Notes under the pieces: generated by a model
Databases searched by the model: none
Told to the model about the DNA's origin: nothing
Seen by the model: the letters and a program-made list of their open reading frames with translations, nothing else
Assembly: GCA_963664405.1 (NCBI GenBank)
Contig: OY761158.1
Coordinates: forward strand, 6,240,001 to 6,304,000
From: Thermoanaerobaculia bacterium
GTDB taxonomy: Bacteria; Acidobacteriota; Thermoanaerobaculia; Multivoradales; Multivoraceae
Length of the DNA stretch: 64,000 nt
Direction: 5' to 3'
Part shown: piece by piece, positions 1-9,033 of the stretch
Layout: each line of letters begins with the position of its first letter
How positions within the stretch are numbered: position 1 is the first letter of the stretch
Translations under genes and position numbers: made by a program

Positions 1-2
1 CT

Positions 3-428
3 CACGTGGAGGATACCGTGAGCTTCACCCTCGGGAACGTGGAGCTCAGCCGGTCGATGATCCTCGCCCAGTACGACAGGGGTGGGCGAGTGACCACCGC
101 ACTGAGAGCCTCAGAGGCTAATCGTAGGGATTTAGGAGCGTTCGGGCTCTTCTTCACCCAGGCGAAGGAAGCCACGCGCGAGCTCCTCGACGAGGCCATC
201 GAGTCGGGGCTGCTCCGCGATGATATCGATCCCTCGTTGCTGTGGGGAGCAATATGGTCTGCGACGCAGCTTCCACTACTCGCCTGGGCCCAGGGTCAAT
301 CGGATGCGGAGGAATTTCGCGCCCAGACTCTTTACCGGGTCAACCTCGTCCTGCTTGCGATTGCGTCGGATGAGGTCCGCCCGGCTCTGGTAAAGGAGAT
401 GCGAAAGCTCGAGCGCGGATTGAAGTAG
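3..428 (+). CDS. TetR-family regulator, C-terminal part (truncated by window edge)
   Basis: Frame is open from the window start; helical protein with a GLLRDDID motif typical of TetR C-terminal domains; lies upstream of a thiolase. Confidence 0.55.
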   Translation, partial: HVEDTVSFTLGNVELSRSMILAQYDRGGRVTTALRASEANRRDLGAFGLFFTQAKEATRELLDEAIESGLLRDDIDPSLLWGAIWSATQLPLLAWAQGQSDAEEFRAQTLYRVNLVLLAIASDEVRPALVKEMRKLERGLK

Positions 429-496
429 GTCGGAAAAGCAGTCGCGGCCTTGGCCCACTGCGGTAGACTCGCCCCTCTTCAAGGAGGCATCGAACT

Positions 497-1732
497 ATGA
501 CCGCAGAAGCGTGGATCATCGACACTGTTCGCACACCCCGAGGCATCGGAAAACAGGGCAAGGGCGCCCTCTCTCACATTCACCCGCAGCGGCTGGCCGC
601 CACAGTTCTCGAAGCTCTGCAGAAGCGCAACGACCTCAACACCGAAGAGGTCGACGACGTGATCTGGGGCTGCAATATGCAGGTCGGCAAGCAGGGCGCC
701 TGTATCGGCCGCATGGCCGTGCTCGACGCCGGCTGGAGCACCAAGGCCTCCGCGGTCACTCTCGACCGATTCTGCGGTTCCGGAATCACTTCGGTAAACC
801 TGGCTGCTTCGATGATCATGTCCGGCATGGAGGATTGCGTGGTCGCCGGTGGCGTCGAAATGATGTCTTACACTTCCACGGTTCCCACTCCTGGCGCGTT
901 GATGGACGTCGGAAACCTCCATCTGCGCGACCAGCATCCACAGTGGCATCAGGGCATCTGTGCGGATGTCATTGCCACTCTGGAAGGCATCAGTCGAGAG
1001 AATGTTGACGGTCTCGCCCACGAGAGCCAGAAGCGGGCCGACAACGCGATCAAGAACGGTTACTTCGCGAAAAGCCTGGTGCCGGTCTACAACGACGACG
1101 GCACGGTCGCCCTGGATCACGAAGAGTTCCCGCGTCCGCAGACCACGATGGAAGGGCTTGCGGGCCTCCCGGCTGTTTTCGAGAGGTTCATGCCGAACGC
1201 CTTCGATGAGTCCGGCGAGACCTTTCTCCAACTGGTGCAGCGGAACTATCCGGATATCGAGATCGATCACGTCCATCACGCCGGCAACTCTTCGGGCGTG
1301 GTCGATGGCGCGGCGTCAGTGCTGCTCTGTTCGCCCGAATATGCTCGTTCGCAAGGCTGGGAGCCACGCGCCCGCATCGTCGCGATGGCGAACGTGGGTG
1401 GCAGCCCGACCCTGATGCTCAACGAGCCTGTGCCGGCGGCACGCAAGGTGCTCGAGAAGGCAGGAAAGACCCTCGAGGATATCGATCTGATCGAGATCAA
1501 CGAGGCCTTCGCGGTGGTGGCTTACAAGTTCATCCGCGATCTCGAGGTCGATCCGGAGAAGTGCAATGTCAATGGTGGGGCGATCGCTCTCGGTCACCCG
1601 ATCGCCGCAACCGGGTCCATCCTGATTGGAACCGTACTCGACGAGCTCGAGCGGCGAGATCTGTCGACCGGCTTGGTGACCATGTGCGCAGGCGGCGGAA
1701 TGGCGCCCGCGATCATCCTCGAGCGCATGTAG
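497..1732 (+). CDS. Acetyl-CoA C-acyltransferase (thiolase)
   Basis: DRFCGSG catalytic Cys, NEAF, GHPIAATG and CAGGG thiolase motifs; AAGGAGG RBS. Confidence 0.95.
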   Translation: MTAEAWIIDTVRTPRGIGKQGKGALSHIHPQRLAATVLEALQKRNDLNTEEVDDVIWGCNMQVGKQGACIGRMAVLDAGWSTKASAVTLDRFCGSGITSVNLAASMIMSGMEDCVVAGGVEMMSYTSTVPTPGALMDVGNLHLRDQHPQWHQGICADVIATLEGISRENVDGLAHESQKRADNAIKNGYFAKSLVPVYNDDGTVALDHEEFPRPQTTMEGLAGLPAVFERFMPNAFDESGETFLQLVQRNYPDIEIDHVHHAGNSSGVVDGAASVLLCSPEYARSQGWEPRARIVAMANVGGSPTLMLNEPVPAARKVLEKAGKTLEDIDLIEINEAFAVVAYKFIRDLEVDPEKCNVNGGAIALGHPIAATGSILIGTVLDELERRDLSTGLVTMCAGGGMAPAIILERM

Positions 1733-1734
1733 AC

Positions 1735-2091
1735 CTAGTCGCCGTGGAGGCCGAGCTGGATGCACAGCGCTCTATCGAGCGCTTCCTCTTCGCTTCTTGT
1801 CAGGCGACCGAGAGCCTTTCCGAGACGCTGCTTGGAGACGGTGCGGATTTGATTTGCCACCAACCGTGAGGGCCGGAGGAGTCCGCTCGCTTCGGAGTCG
1901 ACGAGACTTTCGTAAGGCCGAAGTGGGCGGTCGTGTAGGTGGGTGATCGGAACGACCTGCACGACGGCATCGAAGCGGCATGCCGCTTCGTTCGAAACGA
2001 CGACCGCCGGGCGCGTCTTGCGAATTTCGCTTCCTTCGGAAGGATCGAAGCGGACGCTGACGACAGCTCCCCGCTCGAGAGCGGTTGTCAA
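1735..2091 (-). CDS. mazF: PemK/MazF-family endoribonuclease toxin
   Basis: RG..V.V.FDP..GSEI.KTRPAVVVSN and QIRTVSK.RL signatures; probable TTG start overlapping the antitoxin stop. Confidence 0.9.
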   Translation of the reverse strand: MTTALERGAVVSVRFDPSEGSEIRKTRPAVVVSNEAACRFDAVVQVVPITHLHDRPLRPYESLVDSEASGLLRPSRLVANQIRTVSKQRLGKALGRLTRSEEEALDRALCIQLGLHGD

Positions 2092-2303
2092 TCTGCAATC
2101 TCGCTGTCGATCGCCGTCCATTCGCGATCGAGCTCGGCGGCCTCGTCCGCATCCTCAGCGTAGGCAGCTTCGAGCTCCCGCTCGAGCTCACGGGTCCGAT
2201 ACTCGACGACCGCCTCCGCGACAGTCGAGCTCACGTTGGGCGTCGAGCGAAGATAGGTGGCCAGGTCCTCCGACAGCGATACGGTCATCTTTATTTTTCC
2301 CAT
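2088..2303 (-). CDS. Ribbon-helix-helix antitoxin
   Basis: 71 aa; KMTVSLS beta strand followed by helices and an acidic tail; directly upstream of and overlapping mazF. Confidence 0.8.
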   Translation of the reverse strand: MGKIKMTVSLSEDLATYLRSTPNVSSTVAEAVVEYRTRELERELEAAYAEDADEAAELDREWTAIDSEIAD

Positions 2304-2353
2304 GATGGATGACCATATTACCATAAAAATAGTACATACTAATTGGATGGCAT

Positions 2354-3202
2354 TCAGGGAGGAACTGTGACTTCCAACAACCGAAAGCTCAGTGGCAGCT
2401 CTGCGGGTACTGAAGTCGCCTCCTCGCCGCTGACCACAACCTCCCCGACGGCCTCCGGACTACCGGCCCCGAAGTAGGGGCCATCCTTCTGCCAGACCCG
2501 CAGCCAGATGCGCCCTCGATCTTGATCGAGGATGAAGGGCTGGGCGAGAAAGATGGCGCTCGAGCCTGCTAATCGGAAGCCGAGAGTCGAGCCTTCTGTT
2601 CCTTGCACTCGCAAGGGTTTCTGGTTCGGACTCGATACCTCGAGGGTTACCTGACGCTCGCCGAGGCGGAGCGAGGATGCTTCGTTGTCGGCAACGGCTG
2701 CCACTTTCAACAGGACCTCGCCCAGGAACCAGTGCACATAGGTCAGGAAATCGTCAGAGGAGCTGAAGGGGCGGGCCCCGAACCCGAAGCATCCTCTTTG
2801 TGCTCCTCCGTCGAAAGATCGGTCGAGCTGCCCCCACGCCGGCCCGCTGGGCATATCGGGCGCGGCCAGCTCATGTCTGCCGAGACCCGGTAGAGAGAAG
2901 AGCAGGCGCCCTCGCTCGAAGGAGCCGACTTCTTGGCCGCCGGGAAAGCGCTCAGATGCGAGTATCGCAACGCCGTGGTTGGGGACAAGGAAGGCGATCC
3001 TTGCACCGCGGACTTCGGAACAGCCGAGCACCGACGCTCCCGAGAGCCTCATCTCGCCGGTCGATTGGGAGCGCGCGGCCGCCGTCGATGCGGCCAAGAT
3101 CACGGCTGCGAGGGCGAGGATCGAGCTGAGCGATCGGGAGTCGGTCGGTCGGGGGAGCAGATGTTCGATTCGAGGCATCGTAGATATGAGGCCGGTGACC
3201 AA
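2354..3202 (-). CDS. Exported hypothetical protein (start uncertain)
   Basis: 282-aa ORF with signal-peptide-like SILALAAVILAASTAAA and a beta-rich body. Confidence 0.6.
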   Translation of the reverse strand: MVTGLISTMPRIEHLLPRPTDSRSLSSILALAAVILAASTAAARSQSTGEMRLSGASVLGCSEVRGARIAFLVPNHGVAILASERFPGGQEVGSFERGRLLFSLPGLGRHELAAPDMPSGPAWGQLDRSFDGGAQRGCFGFGARPFSSSDDFLTYVHWFLGEVLLKVAAVADNEASSLRLGERQVTLEVSSPNQKPLRVQGTEGSTLGFRLAGSSAIFLAQPFILDQDRGRIWLRVWQKDGPYFGAGSPEAVGEVVVSGEEATSVPAELPLSFRLLEVTVPP

Positions 3203-3213
3203 GATAGCAAAGT

Positions 3214-3730
3214 ATGATCGTCGCCCATGTCCGAACTCGATCCCGAGAAGGCCGTCGCACGCAGGAGCGCTCTGCGATGCGGGTAGCGACAGATGTCTAC
3301 CATCGTCTCGTTACTCGGCCCTGGAAGGTGCTGATGGCGCTGGTTCTCGCTGCCTACGATGGAAGGTCAGTCGATGCGTCGCATGGTCGATCTCGATCTC
3401 ACCCGCAGCAACAGCCCCTTCTTCTACCTGTCCTGGCTTGCCGTGCACCCGATCGACGAGAAGAGCCCTCTCTACGGTCGGGATCTCGACAGTCTGAGAG
3501 AGGCCGAGGTAAAGATCGCCGCCTCTTTCGTGGGGCTCGACGAGTCGCTCGGCCAGACCATCCACGCCCGCCGCCTCTACTCGGTCGCCGATTTTCGCTG
3601 GGGAGCCCGTTTCGTCGACGTCATCGAGAAGCGTGGCAATACGAGCGTGTTGGATAACAGCCGTCTCGATGAGACGACGCCGGCGGAGCCCCCTGGTTTT
3701 ACGCCCGAAGAAGTCAACAGTAAACAGTAA
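3214..3730 (+). pseudogene. KirBac-type inward-rectifier K+ channel remnant with pore region deleted
   Basis: DVYHRLVTRPW slide-helix motif joins out of frame (~3355) to the C-terminal domain EGQSMRR..DL.L.RS.SP.F.LSW...HPIDE.SPLYG; no TxGYG filter. Confidence 0.75.
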
Positions 3731-3805
3731 ACAGTAAAAGCAGGAGAGACTGCGCTGCCCGGGGCCGCCTTCCTCCCCGTTCCTGCCTTGACTGCTTACT
3801 GCTTC
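3707..3805. repeat. Heptamer (CAGTAAA/CAGTAAG) repeats forming an inverted pair
   Basis: AACAGTAAACAGTAAACAGTAAAAGCAGG followed by CCTGCCTTGACTGCTTACTGCTTC between convergent genes. Confidence 0.7.
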
Positions 3806-3815
3806 TCCGCTCCCC

Positions 3816-4318
3816 TCAGACCGAATTCAAAAAGCGACCAACCTCAGCTGGGCTCCGAAGCACGACAACACGTCGTCCCTCTCGGTACTTCTCGATTCGA
3901 GCCAGGATCGCCGGGCGGGTCTTCTTCGGGAAGTGCCAGGCCAGCGGCTGAACTCGCCGTCGAATCGCTCGGCGCAACCCTCTGCTAGATCCGGGCGCTG
4001 GCGGTTACGATATTGCAGTACCCGCTTTTGTGCGCGCCACAGGTAGCGATATCGCGGGAAGTCGAGAAAGACGATGGTGTCGGCGCGCTCGAGTCGGATC
4101 TCCATCGTGCCTCCGAAATTGCCGTCGATGATCCAGCGCTCGCCGTCGGCCAGGGCCCTGACCTTGGGCTCCCACTCTTCCCTGGGCGTTTCCTGCCACC
4201 CCGCTCGCCAGAAGTGGACGTCGAGGTGGATTACCGGTAGGCCTGTCCGCTCTCCCAATTGGCGTGCCAGGGTCGACTTGCCCGCGCCTCCCGCCCCGAT
4301 GATGGCGACTCGCCGCAC
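3816..4318 (-). pseudogene. Adenylate-kinase-like / FlaR (topology modulation) P-loop protein with a 1-bp frameshift near 3941
   Basis: IIGAGGAGKST P-loop, HLD..FW, WIIDGN and GC.ERFD motifs; family-like tail WHFPKKTRPAIL...LRSPAEV continues in another frame. Confidence 0.8.
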
Positions 4319-4390
4319 GGGCGGACTATATTGCCGAAGCAAGGTAGGTAGGGGATAGGATGGGAAGACACTCACTCGGAACAGAGGAGA

Positions 4391-4747
4391 ATGGCAATGA
4401 GAACCAAGATAGCCTTGGCGTTGATCGTAGCTCTCTTGATCGCGACGGCGGCCCTCGCTGCGCATCATCTCAATGGCACCTGGATGCTGACGATCACGCT
4501 CGGTGATCAGGGTGGCGATCTCACCCTCGAGCTCATAGAAGGCGAAGGGGGCAAGCTCACGGGCAAAAAGTCGGGCCAGCTCGGTGACGAAGAGATCACA
4601 GGAACCCTGAAAGGGAAAGACATCGAGTTCCACTTCGATTCCTCTCTGGGCAAGGCCGTCTACAAGGGCACCGTGGGTTCCGGCACGATGGAAGGCACTT
4701 GTCAGTATGGGGAGCAAGAGGGCACTTTCAAGGGCACTAAGAAGTAG
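4391..4747 (+). CDS. Small exported beta-rich protein (paralogue 1)
   Basis: RBS, signal peptide and GTW motif; clear paralogue at 5582. Confidence 0.85.
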   Translation: MAMRTKIALALIVALLIATAALAAHHLNGTWMLTITLGDQGGDLTLELIEGEGGKLTGKKSGQLGDEEITGTLKGKDIEFHFDSSLGKAVYKGTVGSGTMEGTCQYGEQEGTFKGTKK

Positions 4748-4813
4748 CAAGCAAAGCAGGAAACAGTAGACGGTAAAGCTGGAGAGCATTAGGAGCGAGG
4801 AGGAAGGGAGTTC

Positions 4814-5497
4814 ATGGGAGTCGTGCGAATAGAGGTTTTACGTTCGGGCCTCGTAGCGGCCGTGGCCGTATCGTTGTGCCTTGCTTTCGTCTCGGTGGCG
4901 TCGGCGGAGGATCGTTGGGAGTCGGCGATTGCCGACTTCGAGGCACTCGATCGGGAGAGTCCGCCGAAGGCCGGTGGGGTGCTCTTCGTGGGTAGCTCGA
5001 GTATCCGGCGCTGGGATCTCGAGCGCTGGTTCCCTGAGAGTGGAGCTACTAATCGCGGTTTCGGCGGCTCACAGATCGCCGACTCGATTCGCCACTTCGA
5101 TCGATTCGTCGTTCCCCACCGGCCGCGGAGCATTTTCTTTTATGCGGGAGACAACGACATCTCGGCAGGTAAGGGAGCAGAGGCGGTGGCGGCGGACTTC
5201 GCTTCACTCGCGGATCGCGTCCGCACCCGTCTGCCGAAGACGCGCCTGTGGTTCATCGCCATCAAGCCGAGCCTCTCCCGCTGGCAGCTATGGCCGACTA
5301 TGGAGGAGGCTAACCGTCGTATCGCTGCGCTATGCGGTAAGGACCCGATGCTCGAGTTCGTCGATGTGGCTACGCCGATGCTCGGCGCCGACGGCAATCC
5401 CATGCCGGAGTTGTTCGTCGCCGACGGGCTCCATATGACCGATGAGGGGTATCGGATCTGGGCGGGTGTTGTGGGGCCTCTGTTGAAGAAGAAGTAA
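4814..5497 (+). CDS. SGNH/GDSL hydrolase, exported
   Basis: FVGSSSI, NRGFGGS, YAGDND and DGLH blocks. Confidence 0.9.
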   Translation: MGVVRIEVLRSGLVAAVAVSLCLAFVSVASAEDRWESAIADFEALDRESPPKAGGVLFVGSSSIRRWDLERWFPESGATNRGFGGSQIADSIRHFDRFVVPHRPRSIFFYAGDNDISAGKGAEAVAADFASLADRVRTRLPKTRLWFIAIKPSLSRWQLWPTMEEANRRIAALCGKDPMLEFVDVATPMLGADGNPMPELFVADGLHMTDEGYRIWAGVVGPLLKKK

Positions 5498-5581
5498 TCA
5501 GTAAGCAGTAAAACAGTACGGGCGAAGCCGGCGTCGGAGCGACACCGGGCTTCGGCGAACCACTGAAAGGGAGGAACGGGA

Positions 5582-5938
5582 GTGAAAATCAAGGGTGTGT
5601 CGTTGGTAGTCGGCCTTCTTCTGATCGCGACGGCGGCTTTTGCCGCCCACCATGTAAATGGCACGTGGCAACTGACTGTCACGCTTGGCGACGGACAAGG
5701 TGGCGAGGCCACCTTCAAGCTCGAGGAAAGCGCCGGGGGCGAGCTCTCCGGATCCTACTCGGGCGCGCTGGGCGATGCCGACGTCAGCGGGACCGTCAGT
5801 GGCAAGAACGTCGAGTTCGGCTTCGACTCTCAGGCCGGCAAAGTTACCTACAAAGGCACTGTGTCCGGCGACATGATGGAAGGCAGCTGTAGCTACGGTG
5901 AGCTTGGAGAGGGAACCTTTAAGGGAAGTAAGCAGTAA
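5582..5938 (+). CDS. Small exported beta-rich protein (paralogue 2)
   Basis: Aligns along its full length with 4391-4747 (AAHH.NGTW, GK..YKGTV, MEG.C.YG, EGTFKG). Confidence 0.85.
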   Translation: MKIKGVSLVVGLLLIATAAFAAHHVNGTWQLTVTLGDGQGGEATFKLEESAGGELSGSYSGALGDADVSGTVSGKNVEFGFDSQAGKVTYKGTVSGDMMEGSCSYGELGEGTFKGSKQ

Positions 5939-6066
5939 GCAGTAAGCAGTAAGCAGACCAGAAAGTCCTTGAAGCTCAGGGGGCGAGGACGACCTTCCCC
6001 GGAGATCGGTCCGACTAGGCCCGACCGATCCCTCTTATCTGTTCACTGTTCACTGTTTACTTCCTC
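5927..6066. repeat. Heptamer repeats (AGTAAGC)x4 and inverted (CAGTGAA)n
   Basis: Visible directly; they overlap the stop codons of both convergent genes. Confidence 0.75.
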
Positions 6067-7080
6067 CCCTCCGCTCGCGCGGAACGCAGGCAACATCAAG
6101 ACATCGACCACGCGGTTTGCATACCCCCACTCATTGTCGTACCACGACAGCACCTTCACCCAGCCGTCACCCTGGGCCTGGGTCGATAGGGAGTCGAAGA
6201 TCGAGGAGTGTGGGTTGCCGATGATGTCGCTCGAGACCAACGGGGCTTCGCTGTATTCGAGGATGGCTCTCATGTCGCCCTCGGCGGCGGCTCTCACGGC
6301 CGCGTTGACGGTGTCTCGATCGGGTCGCTCCCGAACGCGGCATACCAGGTCGACGACAGAGCCGTCGGGCACGGGGACTCGGATGGCGATGCCGTCGAGC
6401 TTGCCGGCGAGCTGAGGAAGAACTTTGCCCACCGCCTTGGCTGCCCCGGTGGTGGTCGGGATGATGTTCTCGGCGGCAGCTCGGCTGCGACGGAGATTCT
6501 TGTGTGGCACGTCCGCCAGCCGCTGGTCGTTGGTGTAGGCATGGACGGTGGTCACGACGCCTTCCTCGAGGCCGAAGGCGTCGTCGAGAATCTTGGCGAT
6601 GGGGGCCAGGCAGTTGGTGGTACAGGAGGCGTTGGAGACGATCCGATCTTCCGCGCGCAGGATCTTGTCGTTGACGCCCATGACCACCATGGCGTCGATC
6701 TCGTCTCGGGCGGGTACTGTGAGGACAACCTTCCGGGCCCCGGCCGCGAGGTGTTTGGCCACCTCCGCCCGGTGGCGAAAAACGCCGGTCGACTCGATCA
6801 CGAAGTCGACCCCCAACTCCCTCCAGGGGATACGAGCGGGATCCCGCTCCGCGGTCATCGCGACCGCGGCGCCGTCGACGAAAAGGCTGTCGGCGCTGCT
6901 TTTGACCTCCGCCGGCAGCACGCCCATGACCGTGTCGTACTGGAGCAGATAGGCGAGTTGGTCGTTGTCGTAGAGGTCGTTGACCGCGACGACATCGACG
7001 TCGTCGCGCTCGAGGGCGATGCGGAAGACCGAGCGGCCGATTCTGCCGAAGCCGTTGATGCCGATGCGTACCTGGCTCAT
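6043..7080 (-). CDS. gap: Type I glyceraldehyde-3-phosphate dehydrogenase
   Basis: GINGFGRIG, SNASCTTNCLAP and WYDNEWGY motifs; ATG overlaps the upstream stop. Confidence 0.95.
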   Translation of the reverse strand: MSQVRIGINGFGRIGRSVFRIALERDDVDVVAVNDLYDNDQLAYLLQYDTVMGVLPAEVKSSADSLFVDGAAVAMTAERDPARIPWRELGVDFVIESTGVFRHRAEVAKHLAAGARKVVLTVPARDEIDAMVVMGVNDKILRAEDRIVSNASCTTNCLAPIAKILDDAFGLEEGVVTTVHAYTNDQRLADVPHKNLRRSRAAAENIIPTTTGAAKAVGKVLPQLAGKLDGIAIRVPVPDGSVVDLVCRVRERPDRDTVNAAVRAAAEGDMRAILEYSEAPLVSSDIIGNPHSSIFDSLSTQAQGDGWVKVLSWYDNEWGYANRVVDVLMLPAFRASGGEEVNSEQ

Positions 7081-8099
7081 GCTTCGCCTCGCTGATCGAG
7101 CTCGCCGAGTCGGCGAACCAGGTCGACGGCACGGTGGGCGTAACCCCACCCGTTGTCGTACCAGGTCAGAGTCTTTGAGATTTTGTCGCCCAGAACCAGA
7201 GTGGCATCGCCGTCGAAGGTGCCCGAGTGGGGGCTGTGGAGTATGTCGCTCGACACCAGAGGAGCGTCCTCGTAGGCGAGATTGCCGGACCACCGACTCG
7301 CCGCCGCGGTGCGCACGACTTCATTGATGGCAGTTTTGGTTACGGTTCTGTCGTGCCAACAGACGAGATCGACCACCGATCCGTTCGCTACCGGCACGTT
7401 CATCGCCATGCCGCGGATCTTTCCTTCCAGGCTCGGGATCAGCTCCATCAGGATCTCGGGTGCATTGGTGTCCTGAGGAATGATGTTCTCGGCGGCGGCG
7501 CGACCCCGTCTCTTATCAGCGCTCGGAACGTCGGCGAGCCGCTGCTGATTGGTATAGGCATGAACCGTGGTGAGGAAAGCACGCTCGATGCCGAAGGCCT
7601 CGTCGAGAATTCGAAGGACCGGCGCGGTCGAATGCGCGGTGCATGAGGAGTTTGAGACGATCCGGTGTGAAGGGTCGAGCTCGTCATCGTTGACTCCGAC
7701 CACAACCGTGATGTCGGGGGCCTCGGCCGGGGGGCTGCAGAGCACGACACGTTTGGCGCCTTGCTCGAGATGAGCCTCGAGCTCGGCGCGGGTGCGGCGT
7801 TGCCCGGTCGCTTCGATGACTGTGTCGACGCCGAGCTCTCCCCATGGCACCACGCCGGGCTTGGCGCCGGTGAGCATCTTCACCTGTCGGCCATAGGCGT
7901 AGAGATTGCCCTCTCGAACCGAGACCTCGTCGGGGAAGCGTCCGAGGAGGGTGTCGAAGCGAAGCAGGTATTCGAGAGCCTCGGGTGCGGCGACGTCGCG
8001 GATAGCGACGATACGCACATCGTCACTCTTGTAGAGAATGCGGAAGAGATTGCGGCCGATACGGCCGAACCCCATGAGACCGATGTGGATGGGCGGCAA
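7077..8099 (-). CDS. Divergent GAPDH-family dehydrogenase
   Basis: GLMGFGRIG, SNSSCTAHSTAP (catalytic Cys kept), HAYTNQQ and WYDNGWGY motifs. Confidence 0.9.
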   Translation of the reverse strand: MPPIHIGLMGFGRIGRNLFRILYKSDDVRIVAIRDVAAPEALEYLLRFDTLLGRFPDEVSVREGNLYAYGRQVKMLTGAKPGVVPWGELGVDTVIEATGQRRTRAELEAHLEQGAKRVVLCSPPAEAPDITVVVGVNDDELDPSHRIVSNSSCTAHSTAPVLRILDEAFGIERAFLTTVHAYTNQQRLADVPSADKRRGRAAAENIIPQDTNAPEILMELIPSLEGKIRGMAMNVPVANGSVVDLVCWHDRTVTKTAINEVVRTAAASRWSGNLAYEDAPLVSSDILHSPHSGTFDGDATLVLGDKISKTLTWYDNGWGYAHRAVDLVRRLGELDQRGEA

Positions 8100-8109
8100 G
8101 TCGGTTACC

Positions 8110-9033
8110 TCAGTTGACGAGAGCTGCCTCGGTGAGTCGAAAACGGACTCGGCCTGCGTACGGCACGCGACCGCTCACCTGGACCGGAACGCGGTTGCCG
8201 GGATCCAGATAGATGTCGACGTCGCCGCGCAACCCCAGAAGCTGGAAGCCCGCTTCGCTGCCCTCCAGCGGGCGCGCTCGCAACGCCAGTCGCAGAACGT
8301 CTCGCCTCCCTTTGATGTGGTTTCTACGGTTTCCCCTACGAAGGGTGTGGTTGACCTTGATCTGAGTCTTTTCGGCGACGACGATCTCGACCAGGCTCAC
8401 GCTTCGTTTGCTGAAACACGGGATCTCGAGACGATCCCCGGGGGCACTCAGCGCGGCGGCGGACACAATGTAGAGGAGACCCGACGGCTCGCAGATCGGT
8501 GTTTCCGGGGCGAGAGCGGAAGGGAAGGGGACCAAGGTCGTGGTGATGTCGGTCCACTGCTCCCACGACAGATCACGCTCACCTTCGGTCGGCCGCTGGG
8601 TGTGCTCGTGCACGCCTTGTCGACCGAAACGGCTGAGCTTGTAACGCTTCTTCTTTGCATCTTCGAGCTGGATCCGCTGTAGCGCGGTGCCGCTCTCATG
8701 GTCGAGAAAGAAGTCGACTCGTGAGCGCTGACCGAGACCGCGGGAGGTGAGAGTCAGATGTGTCGCTCCGGCATTGCCGGGCTGGGTGTAGGGCCCTCCG
8801 TCGGGGGTCGCAAGCCTTTGCTGGGCTTCGTGCTGCCCGATTGTCTCCAAACGCAGCTCCGAGTGCGCCGAGAAGAGCAGCTTCGACACCTCGTAGTTGA
8901 GCTCGTTCCAAGCGACGCGGGATGGGTCGAGGCTCAGCCTGCGAGCTTCTTCCGCGTGGAGGCTGGAGGCGAGGGCGTTGGCGATGGTGATCGTGAAGAA
9001 GAGAGAAGAAAACGCCTTTCGGCCGTTCCCCAT
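8110..9033 (-). CDS. Exported hypothetical protein (DUF3108-like beta protein, tentative)
   Basis: Signal peptide; beta-rich, ending ...DIYLD...RVPVQV.G.V...GRVRFRL; operon packing. Confidence 0.6.
   Translation of the reverse strand: MGNGRKAFSSLFFTITIANALASSLHAEEARRLSLDPSRVAWNELNYEVSKLLFSAHSELRLETIGQHEAQQRLATPDGGPYTQPGNAGATHLTLTSRGLGQRSRVDFFLDHESGTALQRIQLEDAKKKRYKLSRFGRQGVHEHTQRPTEGERDLSWEQWTDITTTLVPFPSALAPETPICEPSGLLYIVSAAALSAPGDRLEIPCFSKRSVSLVEIVVAEKTQIKVNHTLRRGNRRNHIKGRRDVLRLALRARPLEGSEAGFQLLGLRGDVDIYLDPGNRVPVQVSGRVPYAGRVRFRLTEAALVN

Noticed and set aside
3827-4789. 320-aa ORF as a single gene
   Set aside because: The N-terminal half is antisense to the real 4391-4747 gene; the true gene starts at GTG 4318.
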